Assembly: GCA_003139545.1 (NCBI GenBank)
Contig: PLJC01000008.1
Location: forward strand, 22,874 to 86,873
Direction of reading: 5' to 3'
Length of the DNA stretch: 64,000 bases
DNA from: Actinomycetota bacterium
GTDB taxonomy: Bacteria; Actinomycetota; Thermoleophilia; Gaiellales; Gaiellaceae
Positions within the stretch are counted from its first letter, which is position 1. Every line of letters starts with the position of its first letter. The notes beneath the pieces were generated by a model, which saw only the letters and a program-made list of their open reading frames with translations, was not told the origin of the DNA and did no database searches. Shown piece by piece: positions 49,586 to 58,689 of this stretch. A program made the position numbers and the translations under genes.

Positions 49586-50977
49586 TTACTCTGCGGAGAG
49601 AAGGAGCGGGTAGTGCGGCTGTCCGCCGTCCTGCACGTCGACGTCGAGGTCCGGATGCGCGGCGGCGATGCGTTCGACGAGCTCCTCGAGTGGAGGCGCG
49701 TCCAACCCGGCGAGCAGCGTGAGCAGGTCGCGCGGCTCTGCCAGCAGCCGTTCGGCGACGGCGGCGGCGACCTCCTCGAAGTCGGTGCCGCCCGCGACCG
49801 GCTCCCCCGCGGCGAGGACGATGTTGGAGTTGTTCGGCAGGAGGATCGCCTCCTCCGAGGCGAGCGACTGCACGGCGGTGAGCAGGTCGGCGGTGGACGG
49901 GTTCATCGTCTGCCCGCCCTCGACGATCGCGATCGGCCCCATCCCCTGCGCGAGCGTCTCGAACAGGCGCCGGTTGCCCTCGCCGGCGACGACGGCCACG
50001 ACGCCCGTGGCGGCGGGCTCCGCCGGCGGGTCCGGGACGGCGGCGAGCAAGCGCTCCTCACGCTGCTGCGTCTGCTCGTGCATGTTCGCGATCTCGATCC
50101 GGTCGATGGTGCCGACCTCCGTGCCGAGCGAGAGAGCGGCGCCCGGGTCGTCGGTGTGCAGGTGCGCCTTCAGCGCGTTCTCGTCGCCGACGACGAGCAG
50201 TGAGTCGCCGAGCTGCTCGAGCTTCGCCTCGAGGGCGTCACGGTCGAGGTCGTGCCCCTCGACGAGGAAGACGGTGCAGTAGCGGTACGGAGACAGCTCC
50301 TGGTGGACGGCCTCGAAGCTGAGCCCTGCCTCAGCCGCGCGAGGAGGCGGCAACGGCTCTCCGCTCACCGTCGCGGCAACCCCGCGCACGAGCTCGAGCA
50401 ATCCCGCCCCGCCCGCGTCGACGACGCCTGCGTCGCGGAGCACCTGCAGCTGCTCCGGCGTCCGCGCGACCGCGATCTCGCCACGGCGGACGAGCTCGAT
50501 GAGCAGGTCGCCGATGGCAGGGCCTTCGAGCGCGCGCGCCTCCGCCTCCTCCGCAAGCTCGCGGATCACCGACAGCATCGTTCCCTCGACCGGCCTGCGC
50601 ACCGCGCGGTACGCGGCGTCGGACGCGCCGCGCAGCGCGAGCGCCGCGGAGTTCGCGTCGATGCGCGGCAAGTCCGTCTCACCGAGGACGTCGGCGGCGC
50701 CGCGCACGATCTGCGAGAAGATCACGCCGCTGTTGCCGCGCGCGCCCATGAGCGCGCCGCGCGCGATGTCGCGCGCAAGCGACTGCCGGCTCGCGGCCGA
50801 GGTCTGCTCGACCGCCTCGGAGACGGCACGCACGGTCATCGTCAGGTTCGTCCCCGTGTCGCCGTCCGGCACGGGATAGACGTTGAGATCGTCGATGCGC
50901 TGCCGGCTCGCCTCCAGCGAGGCGAGCGCGCCGTCGACGATCTTCTGGAGGACTTCCAGATCTCCGTTGAGGTTCAC
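49586..50977 (-). CDS. DAK2/FakA fatty acid kinase subunit (apparent internal deletion)
   Basis: NVYPVPDGDTGTN, GARGNSG, GGQTMNPS, GGQPHYP. Confidence 0.9.
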   Translation of the reverse strand: MNLNGDLEVLQKIVDGALASLEASRQRIDDLNVYPVPDGDTGTNLTMTVRAVSEAVEQTSAASRQSLARDIARGALMGARGNSGVIFSQIVRGAADVLGETDLPRIDANSAALALRGASDAAYRAVRRPVEGTMLSVIRELAEEAEARALEGPAIGDLLIELVRRGEIAVARTPEQLQVLRDAGVVDAGGAGLLELVRGVAATVSGEPLPPPRAAEAGLSFEAVHQELSPYRYCTVFLVEGHDLDRDALEAKLEQLGDSLLVVGDENALKAHLHTDDPGAALSLGTEVGTIDRIEIANMHEQTQQREERLLAAVPDPPAEPAATGVVAVVAGEGNRRLFETLAQGMGPIAIVEGGQTMNPSTADLLTAVQSLASEEAILLPNNSNIVLAAGEPVAGGTDFEEVAAAVAERLLAEPRDLLTLLAGLDAPPLEELVERIAAAHPDLDVDVQDGGQPHYPLLLSAE

Positions 50978-51306
50978 TTCGGTCTCCGCACGTCGTCAAT
51001 GTGCACTTCGACGGCGCGGATTGGAAGCCCTGTCATGCGGGAGACCTCATATGAGACCCGGTTTCGGATCGTCGACGCCACCTCGGCGAGGTTGAGGCCG
51101 TACTCGACGACGACGTGCAGGTCGATCGTCACCTCGTCGCCGTCGCGGCCGACCTCGATCCCCTTGCGCACGCGCTCGGGCAGCCATTTCGGGCCTGCCA
51201 TGGCAACCACGCCGTAACACTCGCGAGCGGTCTCGCCCACGATGTGCTCGATCGCCGCGTTCGCGATCGTGATCCGGCCGAGAGGAGAGGAGGACACCGC
51301 CTGCAC
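50974..51306 (-). CDS. Asp23/Gls24 family protein
   Basis: ECYGVV, VVEYG; context. Confidence 0.88.
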   Translation of the reverse strand: MQAVSSSPLGRITIANAAIEHIVGETARECYGVVAMAGPKWLPERVRKGIEVGRDGDEVTIDLHVVVEYGLNLAEVASTIRNRVSYEVSRMTGLPIRAVEVHIDDVRRPK

Positions 51307-51347
51307 CAGCGGGTTGGACGACCCGCCGACGCTCAGAGTTGCGGCGT

Positions 51348-51539
51348 CTAGACGGCTTTTTGGACTTTGCCGGCCTTGAGGCAGCGCGTGCAGACGTACG
51401 CCCGCGTCGCCTTCCCGTTCAGGATCATGCGGACGTGCTGCAGGTTCGGGTCGAAGCGGCGCTTCGTCGCCACCATCGAATGACTCCGGTGGTTCCCGAA
51501 TCCCGGCTTCTTCCCACAGATTGAGCAGACCTTCGACAT
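51348..51539 (-). CDS. rpmB: 50S ribosomal protein L28
   Basis: [18 protein letters not shown]. Confidence 0.96.
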   Translation of the reverse strand: MSKVCSICGKKPGFGNHRSHSMVATKRRFDPNLQHVRMILNGKATRAYVCTRCLKAGKVQKAV

Positions 51540-51558
51540 CGGCGGGGCAGTGTAGCGA

Positions 51559-52200
51559 CTACGACGCTTTGGCGGTCGCGCGCAGCTGGTTGAAGAGGTC
51601 GGCCATCTCGAGCGCGGTGCGTACGGCCTCTGCGCCCTTGTCGGCGCGAGCCATGGCCTGCTCGAGCGTGTTCGTCGTGAGGACGCCGAACGCGACCGGG
51701 ACGCCGGTCTCGAGGGCGGCGAGCTGGAGACCCGACGCCGCCTCGCCGGCGACGTACTCGAAGTGGGCCGTCTCGCCCCGGATGACGCAGCCGAGCGCGA
51801 CGATCGCGACATAGCGGCGCGTCTTCGCCAGGGCCATGGCGCCGAGGGGCAGCTCGAACGCTCCGGGCACCGGCATCACGGTCACGTGCTCGCGCTCGAT
51901 CCCGGCACGGTCGAGCTCCGCGAGCGCCGACTCGAGCAGCCGGTTCGTCACGTCGCCGTTGAAACGGGAGAGCACGATCGCGATGCGCTTCCGCGTCCCG
52001 TGCGGCGAGCCCTCGACGACGTCGAGCCCGTCCGGAATGTCGAGCGCGCCGGGCGCGTGGCCCGCGAGCTGCTCCGGCTCCTCGACGACGGCCGGCTCCT
52101 CGCCGGTGTCGTCTTCCCGAACCTCGACCTCCTCCTCGGCCTCGACTTCGGCCGCGACGAGTTGCTCGCCGGGCCAGTGCTCGCCGCTCTCGTCGCTCAC
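51559..52200 (-). CDS. ribH: Lumazine synthase with acidic N-terminal extension
   Basis: [20 protein letters not shown]. Confidence 0.95.
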   Translation of the reverse strand: MSDESGEHWPGEQLVAAEVEAEEEVEVREDDTGEEPAVVEEPEQLAGHAPGALDIPDGLDVVEGSPHGTRKRIAIVLSRFNGDVTNRLLESALAELDRAGIEREHVTVMPVPGAFELPLGAMALAKTRRYVAIVALGCVIRGETAHFEYVAGEAASGLQLAALETGVPVAFGVLTTNTLEQAMARADKGAEAVRTALEMADLFNQLRATAKAS

Positions 52201-53423
52201 TCGTCCTCCTCGAACCGCAGTCCCTGATGGTGCAGGCCGTGGCCGAGCTTATCCCGCTTGGCGGCCAGATACCGCCGGTTCTCCGGATGGGGCTGCATCT
52301 CGATCGGCACCTGCTCCGTCACTTCCAGCCCGAACGCCTGCAGCCCGGACACCTTCTTCGGGTTGTTCGTCAGCAATCGAATGGTCGTGAGCCCGAGCTC
52401 ACTGAGGATCTGGTTGCCGATCCCCCACTCCCGCTCGTCGGCGGCGAAGCCGAGCGCAAGGTTGGCGTCGACCGTGTCGAGACCGCCCTCCTGCAGCTCG
52501 TACGCCTTCAGCTTGTTGAGCAGTCCGATGCCGCGACCCTCCTGCGCCATGTACAGGAGGACGCCGCGCGGCTCGTCGGCGATGAGCTTCATCGCCGCGT
52601 CGAGCTGCTCGCCGCAGTCGCAGCGAAGCGAATGGAAGACGTCGCCGGTGAGGCATTCCGAGTGCACGCGCACGAGCACGTTCTCCTCGCCGTCGACGTC
52701 GCCGCGCACGAGCGCGACGTGCTGCTTGCCGGTAAGCGTCTCCCTGAACAGCACCGCATCGAAGTCGCCATAGGCTGTCGGGAGCCGGACAGTGATCTCG
52801 CGCTCGACGAGCTTCTCATGCCGGCGGCGGTACTCGATCAGGTCGGCGACGGTCACGAGCTTCATGTCGTGGCGCGCGCAGAACTCGATCAGGTCGGGGA
52901 CGCGCGCCATCGTCCCGTCGTCCTTCATCACCTCGCAGATCACGCCCGCGGGGATGAGCCCTGCGAGCCGCGCGAAGTCGACGGCCGCTTCCGTCTGGCC
53001 CGCGCGCTGGAGGACGCCGCCGTCGCGCGCACGGAGCGGGAACACGTGACCGGGCTGCACGAGGTCGGAGCTGTCCTTCGAGGGATCGATCGCGACCTGG
53101 ATCGTGCGCGCGCGATCCTGCGCGGAGATGCCGGTCGAGATTCCCTCGCGCGCCTCGATCGAGACGGTGAACGCCGTGCCGTAGGGCGTCTCGTTGCGCT
53201 CGGTCATCATGCGCAGGCCAAGCGCGTCGCACCGCTCGCCGGTGAGGCCGAGACAGATGAGGCCGCGCCCCTCCTTCGCCATGAAGTTGATCGCCTCCGG
53301 CGTAGCGAACTGCGCGGCGATGGTCAGGTCGCCCTCGTTCTCGCGGTCGTCGGCGTCGACGACGACCACCATCCGCCCGGCGCGGATCTCCTCGATTCCT
53401 TCCTCAACGCTCGCGAAGCTCAT
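52197..53423 (-). CDS. ribBA: DHBP synthase / GTP cyclohydrolase II
   Basis: [25 protein letters not shown]. Confidence 0.96.
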   Translation of the reverse strand: MSFASVEEGIEEIRAGRMVVVVDADDRENEGDLTIAAQFATPEAINFMAKEGRGLICLGLTGERCDALGLRMMTERNETPYGTAFTVSIEAREGISTGISAQDRARTIQVAIDPSKDSSDLVQPGHVFPLRARDGGVLQRAGQTEAAVDFARLAGLIPAGVICEVMKDDGTMARVPDLIEFCARHDMKLVTVADLIEYRRRHEKLVEREITVRLPTAYGDFDAVLFRETLTGKQHVALVRGDVDGEENVLVRVHSECLTGDVFHSLRCDCGEQLDAAMKLIADEPRGVLLYMAQEGRGIGLLNKLKAYELQEGGLDTVDANLALGFAADEREWGIGNQILSELGLTTIRLLTNNPKKVSGLQAFGLEVTEQVPIEMQPHPENRRYLAAKRDKLGHGLHHQGLRFEEDE

Positions 53424-53974
53424 GGGGTAATCGTAAGGCGCTCGACGTACTTGGCGATCACGTCGGCCTCGAGGTTGACCGCGTCGCCCGGCTCCAGCGC
53501 GCCGAGCGTCGTCGCCTCGAGCGTGTGCGGGACGAGTGCGACGGCGAAGCCGCCGTCGTCGAAGGCGGCGACGGTGAGCGATGTCCCGTCCACCGTGATC
53601 GAGCCTTTCTGGACGCAGTAGCGGAGGACGTCCGGCGGGGCGTCGAACCACGTGAGCCCGTCCGCGGCCCCGCGGAGCGAGCCGACGCCGTCGACATGCC
53701 CTTGCACGATGTGCCCGCCCATCGGCTCGCCGGCGCGCAGGGCAGGCTCGACGTTGACCTCGTCGCCGGCTTCCTTGCCGCCGAGCGTCGAACGCTCGAG
53801 CGTCTCGCCGACGACGTCGAACGCGAGCGGCGCAGCGGAGACGACCGTCAGGCACACCCCGGAGATCGCGACCGAGTCGCCGATGACCGCAGACGTTCCC
53901 GGCGCTTCGACGACGAGCCGAGAGCCGTCGAAGGAGACGATTCGGCCACGCTCGCGGACGATCCCAGTGAACAT
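53420..53974 (-). CDS. ribE: Riboflavin synthase
   Basis: MFTGIV, GVCLTV, GGHIVQGHVD. Confidence 0.95.
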   Translation of the reverse strand: MFTGIVRERGRIVSFDGSRLVVEAPGTSAVIGDSVAISGVCLTVVSAAPLAFDVVGETLERSTLGGKEAGDEVNVEPALRAGEPMGGHIVQGHVDGVGSLRGAADGLTWFDAPPDVLRYCVQKGSITVDGTSLTVAAFDDGGFAVALVPHTLEATTLGALEPGDAVNLEADVIAKYVERLTITP

Positions 53975-53983
53975 GCAGACAGG

Positions 53984-54910
53984 TTACGGCTCGTGGAGGT
54001 ATCCCTCGAGCAGCACGTCCTCGCCGACCCGCCGCGCGCGCATCCCCTTGACCTCGGCCGCGACGTCGCCGACGAAGCGCGGCCCGGCGCCGGCGACGAC
54101 GGGCGCCACGAAGAGCATGAGCTTGTCCACGAGATCGGCGGCCAAGAACGCGGTCGCAAGCGTCGGCCCGCCCTCGAGCAGGAGCGACTGCACGCCGTCG
54201 GCCGCGAGCGCGTGCAGTTCGTCCTCGAGCGGGCCGCTGCGCAGCTCGAGCTCGCCGGCTTCGCCGTGCCCGAACGCGATCCGGCGCGGCTGTTTCGTGG
54301 CGCCCACGTCGCGCGCGTCGAGCCGCGGGTCGTCGGCGCGCACGGTCCCCATCCCGACGGCGACCGCGTCCACCGACGCGCGCAGCTCGTGCACGAGCCC
54401 GCGCGACTCCTCGCCCGACACCCAGCGCCGCCCGGGAACGGTGACGCGTCCGTCGAGCGTGACCGCGAGCTTCAGCGTCACGTGCGGACGGCCGAGCGCG
54501 GCCCACGTGCGCCACGCCTCGTTCTGCCGACGCGCTTCGACGCTGTCGACGACCTCGACCTCGACGCCGGCCGCGCGCAGCCGCTCGACGCCGCCGGCAG
54601 CCTTCGGGTTCGGATCGAGCGCTCCGACGACGACGCGCGCGATGCCCGCTGCAACAACCGCATCGGCGCACGGCGGCGTGCGCCCGTGATGCGTGCACGG
54701 CTCGAGGGTCACGTACAACGTCGCGCCACGTGCGCGCTCGCCCGCCTGCGCGAGCGCGACCGTCTCCGCGTGGTCGACGGCGTCGTACTCGTACCAGCCT
54801 TCGCCGACGACCTCGCCACCGGCGACGACGACCGCGCCGACGAGCGGATGGTCCCGCACCTTTCCCCGGCCGCGCTCCGCGAGCTCGAGGGCTCGCACCA
54901 TGAAGTTCAC
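53984..54910 (-). CDS. ribD: Riboflavin deaminase/reductase
   Basis: HAE, TLEPCTHHGRTPPC, LEGG. Confidence 0.95.
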   Translation of the reverse strand: MNFMVRALELAERGRGKVRDHPLVGAVVVAGGEVVGEGWYEYDAVDHAETVALAQAGERARGATLYVTLEPCTHHGRTPPCADAVVAAGIARVVVGALDPNPKAAGGVERLRAAGVEVEVVDSVEARRQNEAWRTWAALGRPHVTLKLAVTLDGRVTVPGRRWVSGEESRGLVHELRASVDAVAVGMGTVRADDPRLDARDVGATKQPRRIAFGHGEAGELELRSGPLEDELHALAADGVQSLLLEGGPTLATAFLAADLVDKLMLFVAPVVAGAGPRFVGDVAAEVKGMRARRVGEDVLLEGYLHEP

Positions 54911-55584
54911 GCCAGAGCTTGTACCAGCCGCCGGTACGACCGCGGCAGGTCTTCGCGCCCGAAGATCGCACTGCCGGCGACGATAAGCGTCGCTCCGGCG
55001 TCGTAGACGGCGCGGACGTTGTCGTTGTCGATGCCGCCGTCGACCTGCACGTGCACCGACTCGGGGAGCGCTGCGCGCGTGCGCGCGATGCGCTCGAGCG
55101 AGCCCTCCATGAACTCCTGCCCGGAGTAGCCGGGGTGGATGCTCATGCACAGGACGATGTCCGCGTCGCCCGCGACTTTCGCCACGTCCTCGGGCTCCGA
55201 CTCGGGATTGAACGCGACGCCGACCTGGAGCCCGTGCTCGCGCGCGACCGCGATCGTCGCGGGAACGTCGTCGACCGCTTCGTAGTGGAACGTCACGCTG
55301 TCGCCGCCCGCCTCCGCGATCTGCGGGAAGTGCCGCACCGGGTTGTCGACCATGAGGTGGCAGTCCATCGCGCCGTCCATCGCGTGCACGACCGGCGCGA
55401 TCGAGCGCAGGACGATCGGCCCCATCGTGATCGGCTCGACGAAGTGGCCGTCGCCGACGTCGAAATGGAAGACGCGCACGCCCGTCCGCAGGAGGATCTC
55501 GACCTCGTCTCCCAGCCGCGAGAAGTCCGCCGCATAGAGCGACGGCTCGATCTCGACCGTCCGCACCCACTCCTGCCAGCCCAT
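54907..55584 (-). CDS. rpe: Ribulose-phosphate 3-epimerase
   Basis: HFDVGDGHF, DCHLM, VDGGI. Confidence 0.93.
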   Translation of the reverse strand: MGWQEWVRTVEIEPSLYAADFSRLGDEVEILLRTGVRVFHFDVGDGHFVEPITMGPIVLRSIAPVVHAMDGAMDCHLMVDNPVRHFPQIAEAGGDSVTFHYEAVDDVPATIAVAREHGLQVGVAFNPESEPEDVAKVAGDADIVLCMSIHPGYSGQEFMEGSLERIARTRAALPESVHVQVDGGIDNDNVRAVYDAGATLIVAGSAIFGREDLPRSYRRLVQALA

Positions 55585-55594
55585 GGGGCCGACT

Positions 55595-56803
55595 CTAAGC
55601 GGTCAGGCGGGCAATGAAGAAGCCACTCGTACCGTGCTCATACGGAAGCGTCAGGAGGAACTCCGGCCGCCTGGGATGCGCGAACTGGGGCCACTCCTCC
55701 CCGAGTGGCACGACCGTGAGCCCGCTCGCCTCGACGACGGTCTCGTTCTCGTCCGCGTTCATCGTGCAGACCGAGTACACGATCGTCCCGCCGGGCCGGA
55801 CGCGCTCGGCGGCCGAGCGGAGGAGCGCGAGCTGGAGCTCGGGCAGAGGCTTGGCCCGCCAGCGCAGGTCGGGACGCGCTGCGAGCACGCCGAGGCCGGA
55901 GCACGGCGCATCGACGAGCGCCCGGTCGTATCCGGTCAGCTCCGGCGGGAGCGCGGTGGCGTCCGCCTCGACGACATGGACGTTCGTCGCGCCGAGCCGC
56001 GCCGCGTTCTCCCGGAGCTCGCTCGCACGATGCGGGTCGATCTCGACCGCGGTCACCTCGCCGCGCTGCTGCGTCGCCTTGCCGCCGGGGGCGGCGCACA
56101 GGTCGAGCACGCGCTCGCCCTCCTGCGAGCCGACGACGAGGCCCGCGAGCTGCGACCCGCGGCTCTGCGGCCAGATGCGCCCGTCGGCGACCGCCAGGTC
56201 GTCCACGCGCTCGACGCGATATGCACCCGGGATATCAGTTGGCTCTCCGGGAGGGTCGCCGTGGACGAGGCGCACGACGGTCTCGAGCGGCTCGTTCTGC
56301 GCGCGCATCAGCGCGAGCGCCTCGTCGGCGCCGAAGTCCCGGGTCCAGATCTCGGCGATCCAGTCCGGATACGACTCCTTCAGCGGGCCGTCCGGAAGGC
56401 TGTCCAGCAGCCCGCGCATGCCGGCAGTGAGGCGGCGCATGACCGCGTTCGTGAACGGAACGGCGCGTTCGAGACGGGCGCGGCGGACGAGCTCGACCGA
56501 CTCGTTCGCGGCCGCGTGCGGCGCGGTCTCGGTGTAGCCCAGCTGGTACGCGCCCAGCCGCAGCGCAGCGCGCACCGGCGGGTCGAGCTTGCGCACCGGC
56601 CGCTTACCGAGCGTCTCGATCGCATGATCGAGCGTGCGGACGCGCTGGACGGCGCCGTACGCGAGCCGCTGCGCGAACCCGCGCTCGCGCTCGTCGAGCC
56701 CCTTCGCCGCCGTGCGGAACGCGCGGTCCGCGTACGCCTCCTGTTCGAACACGCGTAAGAGGACTTCGTACGCGGCGCGCCGCGCAGGGCTAACGTCGGC
56801 CAC
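55595..56803 (-). CDS. rsmB: 16S rRNA m5C967 methyltransferase
   Basis: NusB-like N-terminus, DLCAAPGGK, DAPCSG, YSVC. Confidence 0.93.
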   Translation of the reverse strand: MADVSPARRAAYEVLLRVFEQEAYADRAFRTAAKGLDERERGFAQRLAYGAVQRVRTLDHAIETLGKRPVRKLDPPVRAALRLGAYQLGYTETAPHAAANESVELVRRARLERAVPFTNAVMRRLTAGMRGLLDSLPDGPLKESYPDWIAEIWTRDFGADEALALMRAQNEPLETVVRLVHGDPPGEPTDIPGAYRVERVDDLAVADGRIWPQSRGSQLAGLVVGSQEGERVLDLCAAPGGKATQQRGEVTAVEIDPHRASELRENAARLGATNVHVVEADATALPPELTGYDRALVDAPCSGLGVLAARPDLRWRAKPLPELQLALLRSAAERVRPGGTIVYSVCTMNADENETVVEASGLTVVPLGEEWPQFAHPRRPEFLLTLPYEHGTSGFFIARLTA

Positions 56804-57557
56804 GGAGATACGCCTCGTAGTCCATGCGCCGGCCGCCGGCCGGCTGGACTTCGACCGGGACGAACGCGCCGCCGTCGACGCGCGCCTTCCAGACGACGAG
56901 ATCGCCCATGCGTGCACCGATGTGCGGCGACAGCGCGTGGACGCGATTGACGAGCTCCGGCGCCGGCCGTGACGGATCGAGCTCGCGATCCGCGGCGGTG
57001 ATCTTCTCGGCGTACGTGACGCCTTGGTCCGGCTGGGGCGTGAACGCCGGATGCTCGAGGACGCCATCGAGGAGTCGCGCCGCCACCTCGGCTGCATGCG
57101 CATACACGACACCGGCGTCGTCCTCCGGCGCGATGTCGAACGCCTCTTGCGCGGCGATCGGCCCCGCGTCGAGCTCCCTCGTCGTTCGGTGGATGGTCAC
57201 GCCCGTCTGCGCGTCGCCGGCCATGATCGCGCGCTCGACCGGCGCCGCGCCGCGCCAGCGCGGCAGGAGCGAGGGGTGCACGTTCAGCCACAGCGCGCGC
57301 GACAGCAACGACTCCGGAATGAGGAGCCCGTACGCGCACACGACGACGGTGTCCGCGGCGAGCGCGTCCCGCTCGTGCACGACGGGAATGCCGAGCCGCT
57401 CCGCCGTCTCTTTCGCCGGCGACGGCGCGAGTTTCTGGCCGCGCCCGCGCGGCGCATCCGGGCGCGTCAACAGTTGCACGATCTCGTGCTTCGCGGCGAG
57501 ACGCTCGAGCACGTCCGCGCCGAAAGGCGCGGTCGCCGCGACCGCGATGCGACTCAC
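56790..57557 (-). CDS. fmt: Methionyl-tRNA formyltransferase
   Basis: NVHPSLLPRWRGAAP, LDAG. Confidence 0.95.
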   Translation of the reverse strand: MSRIAVAATAPFGADVLERLAAKHEIVQLLTRPDAPRGRGQKLAPSPAKETAERLGIPVVHERDALAADTVVVCAYGLLIPESLLSRALWLNVHPSLLPRWRGAAPVERAIMAGDAQTGVTIHRTTRELDAGPIAAQEAFDIAPEDDAGVVYAHAAEVAARLLDGVLEHPAFTPQPDQGVTYAEKITAADRELDPSRPAPELVNRVHALSPHIGARMGDLVVWKARVDGGAFVPVEVQPAGGRRMDYEAYLRGRR

Positions 57558-58120
57558 TAGGAGATGACGATGCGCGGGCGCAGCAGCGCGAGCGCCTCGC
57601 GGCGCGCTTCCGGCGTCGTCCGGTCGATGATCAGCACGCCGTCGAGATGGTCGACCTCGTGCTGTGCCGCGCGGGCGTAGATGTCGTCCAGCTCGAACCG
57701 CACGTCCTCGCCGTTCTCGTCCTTGCCGGCAAGCGTGATGCGCATCGGCCGCTCGATCGGAACGAGCACGCCCTGGATGGAGAGGCATCCTTCCTCCGCG
57801 ACGTCGCTCTCGTCGCTGCGCTCGACGATCTCCGGATTGACCACCGCGGCGACAACGTCCTTGCTCGGCGTGAATACGAACAGGCGCTGCACCGTGCCGA
57901 CCTGGTTGGCAGCGAGTCCGATCCCGTGGGCGTCGCGCATGAGCCGCCTCATCCGCTCGACGAGGCTGCGCAGCTCGTCGTCGAAGTGCTCCACCGGCCG
58001 CGCGGCCATCTTCAGCGCGACGTCCGGGTATTGCCGGATCTGTGCGAGGGCAAGCCGACGTCGCGCCTCGTTCTCGGCGTCCAGTTCCTCCTCGACGACT
58101 TCTCCTTCGACCTTGGCCAT
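57557..58120 (-). CDS. def: Peptide deformylase
   Basis: GIGLAANQ, EGCLS, HEVDH. Confidence 0.96.
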   Translation of the reverse strand: MAKVEGEVVEEELDAENEARRRLALAQIRQYPDVALKMAARPVEHFDDELRSLVERMRRLMRDAHGIGLAANQVGTVQRLFVFTPSKDVVAAVVNPEIVERSDESDVAEEGCLSIQGVLVPIERPMRITLAGKDENGEDVRFELDDIYARAAQHEVDHLDGVLIIDRTTPEARREALALLRPRIVIS

Positions 58121-58140
58121 GCAGTGGGCACACTAACGAC

Positions 58141-58689
58141 GTGGATCCGAGCGAGTTGAAGGACGTCATGAGCCAGGGTGCGATCCGTCCCGAGACGTCG
58201 CGCGACCGTGAGGAACGGCGCGTGCTCGAAGCGGATCTCGTTGAGAGCCCGGTCAAGGGAAAGCCGCTGCGACAGCGGCTGCGCAACTTCCAGCCCGACG
58301 CCGAGTCGGCCATCCGCGCACTCGGCGGGCCGCTCGTGTGGATGCGCCGGCTGCGCGCGATCGAGGACGCACTCGACCAGCACGAAAGACAACTGGACGC
58401 CGCATGGCGCGCGCTCGCCGCCGAGGTGCACGATCCGGACGAGTTCGCACGGCTCTGGCGCGAGACGGCCGCGACCTGGGACTTCACCGCGGTGAACGCG
58501 CTCATCGCGACCCACAACACGTACTTCCCGGCAGAAGCGCGGCTGCCGATGGATCCGCGCACGCGCGACTTCATCCGGATCAACGGGCACCGGTACGAGC
58601 GCGACCCGCTCGACGCCGGCTGGATCCTCGTCCACTGGCCGCCGGAGCGGTCAGAGGCTCTGCGGGTCCACGTCGACCACAACGCTTAG
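58141..58689 (+). CDS. Hypothetical protein
   Basis: Fills def-priA gap; HNTYFPAEARLPMDPRT looks like a conserved motif. Confidence 0.65.
   Translation: MDPSELKDVMSQGAIRPETSRDREERRVLEADLVESPVKGKPLRQRLRNFQPDAESAIRALGGPLVWMRRLRAIEDALDQHERQLDAAWRALAAEVHDPDEFARLWRETAATWDFTAVNALIATHNTYFPAEARLPMDPRTRDFIRINGHRYERDPLDAGWILVHWPPERSEALRVHVDHNA

Noticed and set aside
53975..55600. FMN riboswitch for the rib operon
   Set aside because: ribD overlaps the rpe stop, leaving no leader space, and no RFN motif was seen.
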